Positions 44,293-57,857 are shown, numbered from the stretch's first letter. The stretch: DNA of 64,000 nucleotides from Macrostomum lignano (GCA_002269645.1 NIVC01001294.1:1-64000), one strand, 5' to 3'. Notes: a model not told the origin generated them from the letters alone. A program made the numbers and translations.

Positions 44293-47200
44293 CCCAGTAA
44301 AAAAGGGTAGTCGGAATCCGATCGGAATGTCCGGTCGGAATTTGTCAGCAAAGTGGCTCGTGCAATCCGGTCGTTTTCTAGTCGGAGTTTTCCGATCGGA
44401 ATGTGACGCTAATATCCGACTAAATTACGATTAGGTTGTATTTTTCAGAATTTGCTTTTGCATCGGCTAGCTTGCGTAAAAAATAAACAAATCGGTTTTC
44501 AAAGTGCTTAGCAAAATAATACATTATTTAAAATATTATTCTGCTTGAAGAGTGAAGCACAATAATGATTGGCTATTTAATTTACTCAATGCATTGTATA
44601 TTATGCAATTATAAAGATTACAGTAAGCAATTTCTGCACAACACGTCAAGAGAGTAACTGTATTACACGTGGATGCAAGGAAACATCAAGAAAGAGCATA
44701 ATAATAATGCAATATATGCAGAAAATGAGTGCCGAAAACAAATAATAAAATACAGAAAACAAATGCAGAATAATACAATAATATGATTGATGAACAACAC
44801 ACGAATGCAAAAAGCTAGCTAGCTAGATAAATGTTGTGAACCAAACGGCTGCATTATCAGTCAGCGAACTTACAGCCAGAGTCAGCACATGGTTTGTCAT
44901 CACAGGTGGCGGCAGAGGCGCTTCATTGTCGCAATTGCTTCCCCCACTGACACTCCACAAATGTTGGTCTGGAGCTCTTGCACTTTCAGACGCCATCGCA
45001 GAAGCTCTAAATGGCCTTTGATGCAATCCAGAGAACTCGGAGGATAGGGTCCTGCATTGAGTAATTTAGAGAGTTAATGGCATGATCAGCAGACCAGTTG
45101 GGCACCTTCACTGTCATTAGAAAGATTTGGAAATAAAAAATAAGGAGAATAGTTGTCTTCAGGCAAGGCAAGAAAAAACTTAACATTTGCAATCTTTAAA
45201 ACTGGTATAAAAGCAATTGGATATACTATATATACTATAAGAATAAAAACACAAAGAACACATACCCTTGAAGATCTCGCCAAAGTATGCTTGTACATAT
45301 TCAAAGACAATTTGATCTTTGATCCTTGTTAGCTAGGCCTAGTCAGCTCTTCCAGGATCCTTTTCCCCAGTCTTGAACTGAACCTAGAGATCCCATCCAT
45401 TATGTAGCAAACAGACTGTGGCACCTTTGCACTAATGCACCACATCTAGACCAGCAGTGTCTGAAATAGAAGCAGAAGCCATTGATAAGATAATAATACA
45501 AGCTATAGCATGCTTAGTAAAGCTAGAACTAGGGGCCTAGTCTTAGTCTAACAGTGCTCTATGATAACTAAGAGAAATAATATAAACAATAAAAAATTAA
45601 TACTAGCATAATCAAAATGCACAATCATATTTACTATTATGAATAATGTATTCTAAGGATATAATGTCCTGAGTATTTTTTATCTTATTGACCTGTTGTC
45701 TATTTGAACTTTCATTTGACATTGAGATATATAGTACTTTATTTATCTAAATATACTAAATCTTAATATTTCTAAAGGCAAAATTAGAAGACCAAATTAT
45801 TCTAAGTCTTAGCTAGGGTCCGGATTGTGTAATAGTGTATGCTAGAACAAGAATCTTATCTTAGCTAAATGTATGCCAGTGTATGCCAAAAACAAAAAAA
45901 TCATTAAAATGTAAACTAAAAAAGCCTCCTAAAAAGGTCATTTGGTTTTCACAAGTTGAGTTTCCTAAGAAAGGTTTTTGTATGAAAAGTATTCTTTAAA
46001 ATATTATACATATTTTCATTTTAGACAAACTTGATTGTACCTATAAAAATAATGATGCAACATTTACATTTTAATAATAATTTTACTACTCTAAATCATT
46101 TTTAATTATAAAGAAGTAGAAAGTTTATTATTAATTTCTTGAGTATACAAATATTTCTTTATTTTACATAAAAACATTAATTTACATTGAAATTTTCATG
46201 CTCAACATAAATTTATTCACCAAAAGTTGTAGGCCAAAAATGGATGTGAATTTGTATACCAAAATTTGTATGCCAAAAAATGTATAAATTATACACCAAA
46301 ATTTGTATGCCAACTTTAAAATGAGTCAGTTGACATTTGCATATCCAAATTTTCTGACATACATGTAACATTCCAGGGTCTAGAGTCTTAGTTTAATTAG
46401 AGTTCTAGAGTTCTAAGCATAGAAATGTTTTATAAGCAAGTGTAAATAGCTATTGACATGTGGCCTATATTATTTACTTACTAGGCCTAGTCTATAAATA
46501 ATAAGTTAATAATTCTTCATTATAATACTAAAAAGAAAGTCTTATCTAATAGCAAATTATAATATACAATTGTAAACTATAGACATTATTCAATTACTTT
46601 GCTTAAATGCCTTAGCCTAAACAAATGTCTATTGATTGTTAGGTATATTGAGTAAACCTAATAAGACACACTAAATGTCTAAAGTAAGTTTAACTAGGGC
46701 CTGGCCAAGGCCTTATATTTTTAGATTCAATGACTAAAAGCCTAAAACTAGGTAGTATTAATTTCATATATAAGAAAAACAAGGTATAAGTTGTAGTTGT
46801 AGTTAAATGAAAATACTGCTTTAAAGACAATCTTGAGAAAAATGTGTAGCAAAATAGGCTAGGCCTAGGCCCTAGTAAAGTAGGAATTGCAATAGGAGTA
46901 GGCCTAGGAGTATTGCAATTAGCAATAATTAATAAGATAGTGGTTAGGCATTAAGTAGGTTTTTAATAACAAGGTTTTTAATTTTAATTTAGTAATATTT
47001 TTGCCAGGGCCAGTGCTAGTGCCAGTGGAAAGACGCTATAAGCAAAAATATAACGAAAAGGTTATATAGAGAGGAAGGTAAAAAATAAATCGCTTTTTAA
47101 ATACTTTCGATATAAATTGGATGGCCAGCATTTTTTTGTGGCATCAAAACAAAAACTGAATTATTGTAGTAATTTTTTGTATCATAAAGGTATATTCTGC

Positions 47201-47513
47201 ACATTCTGGCAATACATAAAAGCAAGAAAACACGTTTAGTACAGCACATGCGTTATGAATATGGCTGTATCAGAAAGTAGGAAGAAAAATGAGTACAAAT
47301 TCCGATCGGAAGAAGAAGAGATGGTTTCCGACTATTTTCCGATTGCGCAAATATAGCTCGAAAAACATTTTCTTGTATTTTTTATGCTTATTATCATAGT
47401 AACGTGTTATATAAAACAAAATATTGTGGTTTAAACCTTTTCCGGCAAATTCCGACTGCCGATTAAATTCCGATCAGATTCCAATCGAATTCCGACTACC
47501 CTTTTTTACTGGG
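44293..47513. mobile_element. 3.2-kb non-autonomous DNA element with CCCAG termini (CMC/EnSpm-like)
   Basis: TIR CCCAGTAAAAAAGGGTAGTCGGAAT at 44293, inverted at 47489-47513; TT dinucleotide on both flanks; TCGGAA-type subterminal repeats at both ends. Confidence 0.8.
45820..46320 (+). repeat. Copy C of the 7400-7930 family (most eroded), carrying the empty Merlin site
   Basis: GTATGCCAGTGTATGCCAAAAACAAAAA versus GTACGCCAGTGTACGCCAAAAACAAAAA in copy A; TATACAAATATTTCTTTATTTTACATAAAA near 46144. Confidence 0.75.
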
Positions 47514-47563
47514 TTCAGGAGGGCTGCCTGTACATGTACCCAGCAGATCACACTTCAACTTAC

Positions 47564-49200
47564 GCGGTGTGAAGAGGCGCGACTGCTGACTGCTTTGTGT
47601 AGGTTGCCAGCACAACTTGGACTCTGTCTCGAAATTCCTGCAATCGACGAAGGATTTCTTATAAAGTCTGAGATGGCCATCAGACGCCCAGGCAGATAGC
47701 ACTGCGCAGGCATTAAGTCTTCCATTGCCAGCCCCGCTCGCCAGTTGAGTTTACACTCCGGCCTATAGAAGCAGCTGCAGCCAAAGCAAGCAAGCGGGGC
47801 TGGGAAAACATTGGGTGAAATTTCATTCCCAAGCGCCACCAGGCCAGGGATGTCCTGCATGGCCCGGCGCGGGTGTTGGTTGGCAAGCGGCTTCTTGCCA
47901 GCCTTAGACCTGACTGCAGTCTCACTGCTCTATACAGTAGTTGCCCGTCCATAAAAATCCCACAGCTGAGGGGAGAGGGAGCTGGAGGCTAAGAAGAGAG
48001 GACCAGACAATAATTTGGCGAACACGGCTGCTAGTAGTTCTGCACTCATTACCACTGAGGGCAATGGAGTGGCAAAGCAAATTGCAATATAGTTAATTTT
48101 ATAGCAATAATAAAAAGGTGAATGCATGTCATCACTACATGTTAAATATTGGACAAAATGCAGAGAGCCGCGCCCTGTGGCTGTATTAAATGGAGTAACA
48201 ATATTTCAAAATGCTGTACTTTAACAGGAGTGTATACTGCATACAATCGATGAAGCACCATGCATGCAACCCGCCAAGCTCCTGCATGGTAGCTGAGAGG
48301 TGAGGAAAAGAATTAAGTCGCTTAAAAAGCCAGACGACAGAAGATTTCCTATACACCTCAACCCATTTTGGGAGCCTCTCAATGCCTCTGTTCGGCTGCG
48401 CATCTTCCGCTCCTCACCCGCATTCACAACAGCAAGCGGCATTGTTAGCGCACAATGAATTTGGAATTATTGTACCAAGAACAAGCTGCAGAATCGATTA
48501 TGAAAAGGGAGCAGCTGAATGGCTTGAGCCCATGCAGTTTCTTTAGCTGCACGAAACCAACCATATTTCGTTAAGGGATAAACTGGAACTTTTGCCTGGA
48601 TTTCCGGTATGCTTGTAAGTTGTATTACAGAGTCAGCAGCCAATTGTCCGGTAAAACAGCTGTGTGATATTCATGCAGAGGACAGCTCTTCTCTGCCCAA
48701 TATTACGACTGCAGTGCAGTTGAAATCGGGATTATATTGTAGTTTCGCTTTGTTGTATAGATCAACTCGTGCAATATGGCCACTTAATTGTCAATCATAT
48801 GAGGGTACAGCTTACCGGCTTATAGTAGTTTATGAAATGTACGCAAAGGGCGCGCCTGCTGATGCGGCCTTCTGGCCTGCTGCGCGGGCGGCGATTCGAC
48901 TGGCTATGGCCACGTCATCAGGTCGGAGTCTCGCTGCCCTGAGCCGCTTCACGAAGTGCTGCTGCTCAAGCTGCAGGGGACCACGCAGGCGAGAAATCCT
49001 GACAGGCTTTTGACCGATGCTGGCGCCCCGGACCAAGCTTGGGGTGTGAATTTTTTAGGGCCATGGCCCTGCAGAGACTCGCTCTGCTGACTTCTCCCCC
49101 CTTTCTGGTCACTGCGTGGCAGGCGGGTGAAGTACATGTAACATGCGTGCCGTATACAGTTTACCATGATTTTATCGCGACCCTGCTGATAATTGAACAT
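47564..49200 (-). other. Possible exons of an unidentified gene
   Basis: GC-rich open stretches with a donor GTAAG at ~47563. One frame gives WD40-like fragments (MKFHP...RLLALA; SAWASDGHLRLY). No consistent gene model could be built. Confidence 0.25.
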
Positions 49201-49569
49201 CGCAATATCAGTTAGTCAATTTTAATTTGGATCTGAACTTACTGTACAGTGTACATTGATTTGAGCAATCCTTGACAAGCGGAGTTACATGTACATGACA
49301 TGCACTCGCGGTAATCTGCACCGGCTTTATGATTTTATGTGAAGACTCAAGACAATCAAAATTGAACTCAAGGATTGACATGTAATTTTTCCTAATCAGG
49401 ACTATCTAAACATTTACTACTTAGCCAATTGCCATTTAAGTAGCATTGAAAGGATTTTAAATGTACATAAGCAAAAAACTACGAGCCATGTCCCGACGCA
49501 AACACTGTTTTGCACATTTTGGCAGTGGTTAGTCGTGGTTTCAAAATAGACCAACGTGGTAGAATGTTG

Positions 49570-50465
49570 GTAGGTGATTAATTAACGGTGGTTAGATAAC
49601 CGGTGATAGATTCGCGACTGATGGTGGTAGGTTGACTATTGACGGTGGTGGACTGGCAATGGTAGATTGACGGGGTAGGTTTGCAATGGTAGACTGGCGA
49701 TGGTAGATTGGCGGCGGTAGGTTGGCGGTGTTAGATTGATGATTGACGGTGGTAGATTGATGATTGACGATGGTAGGTTGAGTAACGATGGTAGATTGAC
49801 GATTGAAGGTGATAAATTGACGGTGGTAGATTGGCAATGGTAGACTGGCGATAGTAGATTGGCGGTGGTAGGTTGATGATTGACGGTGGTAGGTTGGCTA
49901 TTGACGGTCGTAGAGTGGCGGTGGTAGATTGGCAGTGGTGGATTGGCGGTGGTAGATTGGCGGTGGTAGATTGACGGGGGTAGGTTGGCGGTGTTAGATT
50001 GATGATTGACGATGGTAGATTGATTAACGATGGTAGATTGACGATTGAAGATGATAAATTGACGGTGGTAGATTGACGGTGGTAGACTGGCGATGGTAGA
50101 TTGACGGTGGTACATTGGCAATGGTAGATTGACGGTGGTAGATTGACGGTGGTAGACTGGCGATGGTAGATTGACGGTGGTAGATTGACGGTGGTAGACT
50201 GGCAATGGTAGATTGACGATGGTAGACTGGCGATGGTAGATTGACGGTGATGATTGACGGTGGTAGACTGGCAATGGTAGATTGACGATGGTAGACTGGC
50301 GATGGTAGATTGGCAATGGTAGACTGGCGATGGTAGATTGACGGTGGTAGATTGGCGGTGGTAGGTTGATGATTGACGGTGGTAGGTTGGCTATTGACGG
50401 TGGTAGAGTGGCGGTGGTAGATTAGCGGTGGTGGATTGGCGGTGGTAGATTGGCGGTAGTAGATC
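49570..50465. repeat. Degenerate ~14-bp minisatellite (GGTAGAYTGRCGRT)n with higher-order block duplications
   Basis: GGTAGATTGACGGT / GGTAGACTGGCGAT units; the block GGTTGATGATTGACGGTGGTAGGTTGGCTATTGACGG occurs at ~49871 and ~50363. Confidence 0.92.
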
Positions 50466-51166
50466 GGTGTCATCCCGCATCACGCGACACGCAGCTTTTG
50501 CTGCATCATCTGCCACTTGTTAGCAGCATAAAGACAGTACACAATGCCAAGTCACAATTATTCGTAAGCCGTTCTGACTGTATTGTAACACAGCTACAAC
50601 TTGAGTAAAACGGCAAGAAGATGTCCCTTTCTATAAGTCAACTCCCTCAGCTTAAAGGATCCCCAGTCATGCAGTGTGGCCCCGTCAGTCATAAAAGTTA
50701 GGACACCTTTGAGTGCCAGATATTTGACAGTCAAAGATTTATCGGCTTCTAGGGTTATTAAAGTCAGTCAACTTGCTGCAGTGTCAAACAAAATGAAAAA
50801 GAAACAAAAAAGCGCATCTCCCAAAGCAAGCAGTTAAACATTTACAATCAGAAAATATGCACGACATCGATACGTTCACAACACATTTATAATAAAGATA
50901 TTTAAAAGCGGGTCAAACCGACCAAGCCTATACTAAATCATGCACAATTAAACAGTTTTAATGAAAGATAAAAAAAATCAAAGCCGGATACTGAACACAA
51001 TATGGCGTCAAGCAAAAGGGGTTACAGGCAGCTTGGACAGCACCAGCTTCGAGAAGACAGCTTCTCCAATGTTGTTTGATGTTCTTCCTTAATAGAAATG
51101 TAACCGGCATTGCAGCATTAACAACTCGGACACAGGCTTGGAGAATGAATGTCTACGCCAGTCAAA

Positions 51167-54100
51167 TCAGAAGAACTTTGTCCTATTCAGCGCCTGATCT
51201 GCCACAACGCTGTCGTCAGACATCAGCTTGTCCCAGTCGGTGCCGCAGGCCACAAAACCCAGCCGTTTCCGCTTGGCCTGTTCGCGCAGTTCCTCCAGAT
51301 CTGCCCAGCGAACTCGCTTCCTACCGGCGGCCGCACCGGAGTCCTTGCCGGCAGCTGGCATGCTCATGTATTCCATCAGTAACTCGCGCGCCGATGTAGC
51401 CTTCTGCTGCTGCGACTGCGCACCCTGCTGATGCCGCAGGCCGTCCAGTCGTTCCAGCTGGGCGTCCCGATCGGCCTCGGACTCCCACTTGCTGGGCACG
51501 AACAGCCGGCCGTCTCCGGCCACCGCATCTGGCTCAGCGTCCTCCTCATTGTTGACCTCAGCGTTCCCCGCCTTGCCGCTGTCCCCGGCCTCCGCGTCGC
51601 TGGCATCGGCTTCGTCCATTTCAACCAGGGTGATGTCTGACTCCTGCAGCAGCGAGCTGGCGTCTAAACGGCGATAGCCGCACCCGCCAACCGATGTTGT
51701 CATTGGCAACGGTTGCCAGAACTGGGCGACGGCCTCTACTTCGGCCAGACTGCGGCCGTGGATGCCGCGCTGGGCGCAGACAGCCGGCGAGGCGCCGGAA
51801 ACGTCCAGAGCGAATGGCGAGTAGCCGCAGCGACTGGCAGCGCTGATGAATGGCGTCAGCTGGTCCAGCGTCTCCAGCGGGCAATCCACAATGATGAAGG
51901 GGAACAGGCCAGTCTCCAGCTGCTTGCTGAACGCTTTCAGCAGGCTGGCCCTGTACATTGGCTCTGCTTCGGCGTCGTATTCGTAGCGACCGTCCATGGT
52001 GAAATAGTCATCGATGCTGAGGATTCGAGGAGGCTGACCGCCCTGTTAGATGTTGGGTGTTGACGCGTTTGCACTCTTAAGTTCAAAGCTGTGCCTTTTC
52101 TGCGCCTTCACCTTATGAAGGGGTCAGCAAACTTCGGCCCGCGAAGCCTCCTATCCGGCCCTCGGGTCCTTTGACACTTCATAATACGAAGTAGCAATCC
52201 GGCCCGCTCAAGGTTTGCGTCTTCCTATCCACTTCACTCCCTTCTCTTCTCTCCTCTCCATTCTCTCATCTCCTCTTCCAATCTCTCGTCTCCTATTAAA
52301 TTCTCTAATCTCCTCTTCCATTCTCTCGTCTCCTATTCAATTCTCTAATCTTCTCTTCAATTCTCTTATCTCCTCTCCATTCTCTTCTCTCCTCTCCATT
52401 CTCTCGTCTCCTATTCAATTCTCTCATCTCCTCTTCCATTCTCTCGTCTCCTATTCAATTCTCTAATCTCCTCTTCAATTCTCTTATCTCCTCTCCATTC
52501 TCTCATCTCCTCTCCATTCTCTTCTCTCCTCTCCATTCTCTCACTCCTCTCCATTCTCTCACTCCTCTCCATTCTCTCATCTCCTCTCCATTCTCTTCTC
52601 TCCTCTCCATTCTCTCATCTCCTCTCCATTCTCTCACTCCTCTTCAATTCTTTCATCTCCTCTCCATTCTCTCATCTCCTCTCCATTCTCTCACTCCTCT
52701 CCATTCTCTTATCTCCTCTCCAATCTCTATTCTTTCTATTCTATCTCCTCTCCATTCTCTTCACTATTTTTCTCTTCTCTCCTCTCTATGTTTTTTTCTC
52801 TCTTCACTACTCTGGTCCGCAGTTATGCAATAGATTCGCAATCTGGCCACGGGGGTAAAAAAGTTTGCCGACACCCGGCATACAGTTACACCTGTGGTGC
52901 ACTTTAGAAATCATAAGCCAAGCAACAAACCGGTGCTTAAAACTCGCTATGGATCACCGCTTCTATTTGAGAAGCTTGAGCCATATGGAGCTCCTATTTT
53001 TCCCGATGGAGGGAGTTTGGTCAAGAAAAGGCTTTTGTCATCATCCATAGGGTCGAAAACTCTTTTCACTTTGCTGAAATTTAGTTTTCCACCAAGTTGA
53101 TCACTTAAAGTAGAAAGGTCTGAAATTATTTAAAAGAAAAACAAACCTGTTGCATCTCTTTCTCTTTGATGAGGCGGGCCAATCTGCTTTTCCCTGCGCC
53201 AGGCAGTCCGCGCAGCAAAATGCACAGATTGTGCGGCCGGCTCTGCCTACCGGGCTGGCACAGCAAGCTTAACAGGTCCACTGGTGGCTCCAGAGCCGGC
53301 TGCGACGCTTCTTTCAACGAACGAGCCGCAGCTGAAGCGAATAGCGGCTTCGGTTTTGACTGTTGCTGCGACGGCGGAGGATGCTGCTGCTGCGGAGACT
53401 GCAACTGCTGGATCTGCATCAGAGGCTGCACAGCTGGCTGCTGATCAGGCTTTGAGATCTGGTGCTGCATCAAAGGCACTGGTTGCGACTGCCGGGAAGG
53501 GCCGGCAAAGCCTTGCGCCTGGTAAGGACGACCTTGGGATTGCCAATCCTGGCGCTGGGGAGGCTGCCTACTTTGATTTGGTTGGTGGTAAGACTGATGT
53601 AGCTTATTTTGCTGTGGAGGCTGGAAGTTTGAGAAACTGCGCTGCTGCTGAGTTACTTGAGCTTGTTGAAAATTCTGGTAACCTCTGTGCGGTTCTTCAC
53701 GTTTTTCACGCTCAAGCTGAACAATCCCATATGGCAAGCCTTGCTGCTTCGGTACCGGCTGAATTCCATATGGAATTTGCCTCTCTTCCTGTCTAGGATT
53801 CCATAATTCAGATTGTTGCTGGTTATGCTCCTGTGGCTGATCAAGATTTTGGTATTGATTATCGGAATGCTCTACACTGCTTTTATTCTCTTCCTGATGG
53901 CGTTGGTACAGGTGTTCTTGCTGTTGCTGGCTTAGCTGGAATGACCCCTGTAGTGTTGGACGCTTCTGGTAATGCTGCTGATCTACATGATGCTGTTGTC
54001 CTAAATCATGCTGCTGGAACTTCTGCTCTGCATGCTGTTGTTGGAACCGCGGTTGTCCTGGATGCTGTTGTTGGAACTGATGTTGTCCTGCATGATGCTG

Positions 54101-55498
54101 TTGGAACTGCTGTTGTCCCGTTTGATGCTGTCGGTACTGATCATCATAATGCTGATATTGTTGATCGTATTGCTCTTGCAGCTCATGTTCCGAATTGCCT
54201 TGCGGGTAACGATCATGGTGTTCATAGTGCTGCTGATATTGCTCATACTGTGCATGCTGCTGCGGACGATGCTGTGCATAACGCTCTTGCTGTTCATAGT
54301 GCTGCTGGTAAGGCTTGTTCTGAATCTGGTGGTGTTGGTAATTCTGCGCTTGCTGTGCAATCTGCTGGTACTGATCTGACTGTACCTGGCGTTCATGGTA
54401 TTGATCTTTTTGTGACTGGCGTTGCTGATACTTCTGTTCTGGAACACTACGCTGTTGTTGTTCCTGATCTCTATGAAACTGCTGCTGACGTTGCCCGATG
54501 CTTTGCTGATTCTGCTGGAAGCCTTGCTGCCTTTGCTGGAAGCCTTGATGCTTCTGCCGAAAACCTTGCTGATCTTGCTGGAAACCTTGCTGATCTTGCT
54601 GGAAACCTTGCTGATCTTGCTGGAAACCTTGCTGGAAATCTTGCTGATCTTGCTGGAAACTCTGATGCTTCTGCTGGAAACCTTGCTGATCTTGCTGGAA
54701 ACCTTGCTGATCTTGCTGGAAACCTTGCTGATCTTGCTGGAAACCTTGCTGATCTTGCTGGAAATCTTGCTGGAAACCCTGATACTTCTGCTGGAAACCT
54801 TGCTGATCTTGCTGGAAACCCTGATGCTTCTGCTGGAAACCTTGCTGATCTTGCTGGAAACCCTGATGCTTCTGCTGGAAACCTTGCTGATCTTGCTGGA
54901 AACCTTGCTGATCTTGCTGGAAACCCGGATGCTTCTGCTGGAAACCTTGCTGCCTTTGCAGGAAACCCTGTTGATTTTGCAGATTTTTTTGCTGAAACTG
55001 TTGATCTTGATGTGCATAGAAGTCTTGCTGTTGCGAATTTTGCTCTGCACTAAGAAACTCTTGTTCACTCTGCTTGCCCAATGGATTTGACATAGATAGT
55101 TGCTTCTGTTGCGTGCCAAAAGCAGCTGCAGGGGCTGGAGGCCGAAGTTCCATCAGTGGAACAGGCTGCTGCCTCTGCTGCAGCTGCTGCAGTGATGCAG
55201 GTGATGGCCTAGCAGCAAACTGAGCACTACCTATAGGCCTTAACTGGGCTGCAGGATTCTGCTGCGTTTCAAATAAGCCTCGCTTAGGCACCGCACCAAT
55301 GCCAGATGCATTTCCGCTGGCGCCTCCAGCAATTCCCACAGGAGGATTTGGCTGCACTTGGGGGCCATCCCACTGCCGTTTCCGATTGGGCATAAGAGGA
55401 GGAACAACCTGTTGGCCTGGGTTGGCTGGCCTTGCAGCATTAGCAAAAGCGCCAATGCCAACTCCCTGCACAGAGCCAATGGCAGCAGGAAATCCAGG
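51167..55498 (-). CDS. YLPM1: YLP motif-containing protein 1 (ZAP3) orthologue, last two exons; 5' exons not located
   Basis: Exon 55498-53147 (Q-rich region, then PGRQSRP...LRGLPGAGKS P-loop) and exon 52042-51167 (PRILSIDDYF, FPFIIVD, PSKWE, LERLDGL, RKRVRWADLEE, TDWDK, ALNRTKFF), phase 0. These motifs match the YLPM1 C-terminus as recalled. Confidence 0.93.
52118..52877 (+). mobile_element. hAT-type MITE with CT-rich core in the last YLPM1 intron
   Basis: AGGGGTCAGCAAAC...GTTTGCCGACACCCG termini; left arm homologous to 24277-24385; no TSD visible. Confidence 0.7.
54530..54965 (-). repeat. 21-bp coding tandem repeat giving (GFQQDQQ/GFQQKHQ)n within YLPM1
   Basis: CTTGCTGATCTTGCTGGAAAC units, about 20 copies, frame preserved. 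Confidence 0.95.
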
Positions 55499-56689
55499 CT
55501 GTAATGGAGGTCGCCAATCCAGCAATTGAAGGGTAGAAGCAAGAATAATAAGCATCAGCATTGCTACACAAAATTAAGAGACCATTGTGATGAAAACATT
55601 GTCTACCAATATTTAAAGAACAAAGAAAAAAATAGCAAATTAAAAATTGTGCAGACACAAACATAAAATTAGGATCCTGAATTATATTAATAACCCTTAC
55701 CTTAAATCTATATTAAAGATCATAATCAAGAAGAGGTTATTTTCAGTATACAATAAGTAGATCTAGGTTATTCCAATAAAATCTGAAATTTGTGAGACAT
55801 TTTTTCCAAGTCTATAGGCCTTCTTGTAGATCCTAATGATAGGTTATATCAAAAGGTTAGTCAATAAATTAAAAAATAGAAGGTGCTTATTGGCCTTAGC
55901 TTTTATATAAAATTGATTTTGAAGTTTTAAATAAAATTTAAGAAAGTTTAATAGTAAACTGATCTATTTCAATAAAAAAGGTTTTTTATATTTATAATAT
56001 ATTCTTTTCAAAAATTTTTCAATAATCTTATTATCTTCTTTGAAAAGCTATTTTTGGTATTTAAGTTAGTCAAGTGTCTATTTTGGCCTAGGCCATAGAA
56101 TAAAGTATCTATAAATCCATTTCTATAGTACTATAATAGATAGCACCTTGATAACTGCTAATAGACCAAAAAATTCTCTAATATTATAAAATGATAATGC
56201 TTATTTTAATACTATTTTTAATGTTTAATTTTATTTAATCTTTTTTAATTATGTCTAAACATATTTTGATAAAAATTCAAATGTTTATCTAATAAGGAAA
56301 CCTTGATTAATTATTTTAATTGGTATTTATAAAGGCCTTCATTTGTAAAATTATTTGACTCTAGAAAAGTATTGTACAGACTATTTTAAGTATAAATAAC
56401 TACTTTTAAGAGACTTAATCTTAATCAGGCACAAATTCTATACTTCAAAACTTGTTATAATGTATCTGACACCAGAAAGCTGCAATAGTCTATGGCCAAA
56501 ACATTAACAAGTTTTAAAGCATAGAATTAGTGCTTTAAAATCAGGCTTAAATCTCTTAAAAGTATTCATTTGCACTTAAAATAGTTCATAGATTACTTTT
56601 CTGGAGTCAAAATAATTTAACAAATGAAACTTGACAATTGCCAATTTGGTCTTTGCTAATTCTTTTCTTGGCTAAAGGCATATGGCATA

Positions 56690-57650
56690 AGGGCGCATGA
56701 CCAAGATAGCCACATACTAAGATAGCCACAGCTCTAAATGTCTAAATAGATAATAATAAACCTTGGTCTATATATTCAATTTATTTCCTACTAGTAGCAA
56801 TTTTTATTAGGTGTAGATCTCCAAGTCTTGGAGAGAGATAGATGCTATTATAATGGAATTATATTATATGATAAACATTCTCTTCAGCTTTGGCTTCAAT
56901 TGTAGCCTGACCTATAGATATTTATCCACTAAATAATATAAATAGTCTAGTATAAAATAAAACCCTATTGCATATTTATTACATTTTTTTGCACAGCATT
57001 ACCATTATCAATGATTTCTTGATAAACTGATAATAATAGATTTGATAGATATCATACATGCGCAACTGCTGGCCGACCTGGCCGATCTGGCCACCGTAAA
57101 TTGTGGTGGACCAGGGGTAAGTCGCAAAAATTCCCAGCCTGAAGAATACGGACATAGTACTAATTAGATGACGAGGCATTTATACCTTATAAGACAGTCA
57201 TAATTACTCCTGCCGTTTACCCAAAATTGCGTTAGGGTTTCTTTTACAGGTAAGTCGCATTTTTGGTCAAAAAGTAAGTCGCATGGCCAGTGTAAATCAG
57301 GGGGGTTGCGCATGTATAATAGATATAATGATGGGGGCCTAAGGAAAAATGGCATAAACATTGAAAAAGATTAGTTTTTATATTATAGATAATTATTAGT
57401 TTCAAATCTTAGATTGATTTTTAAATTAATATTTTATAAATATGATTAATTAAACATAAAAATTAATAACAATATCCATATACTAAAAATGGTCTATTGG
57501 TAGGTATGTATGTGATTAATTTTAGAAAAAATAATAATAGCTATAAGTTGCAAATTAATAATGAAAAGAGAAAAGGTATAATAATAAACATTCAATGTTG
57601 TGGCCATCTTGGTATGTGGCTATCTTGTTCTTATATCAGCATAAGGCCCT
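56690..57650. mobile_element. Eroded MITE with AAGATAGCCACA subterminal inverted repeats
   Basis: CCAAGATAGCCACATACTAAGATAGCCACA at ~56701 is inverted at ~57599-57628; exact ends not resolved. Confidence 0.55.
57057..57314. mobile_element. 258-bp MITE, TA|CATGCGCAAC...GTTGCGCATG|TA
   Basis: Perfect 10-bp TIR, TA on both flanks, three internal GTAAGTCGCA motifs; retains CpGs. Confidence 0.85.
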
Positions 57651-57857
57651 ATGCTATAGAAGGTTAAAGATCTTTAATAAATAAGTTTTTTATAGACCTA
57701 GACTAAAACATAAGATAAGAGAAAATTTTATGTTCTAAAGGATCTTAAAAAAACTTAACAAAAATTCTATTATATTTAAAACAAGGTATTTTGTAAAATG
57801 AATTGGATTTATACTAGGCTTTACACCTTTATCTTAGGTCTAACAAAAGGCTAAGAC

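Noticed and set aside
49592-50473. Mucin-like PSIYHRQSTI ORFs
   Set aside because: Several frames are open because of the minisatellite; no splice or start context.
53284-55119. Antisense and alternative-frame ORFs of 123-406 aa over YLPM1
   Set aside because: Shadows of the Gln-rich repeat; only the 53126-55561 frame joins the conserved P-loop domain.
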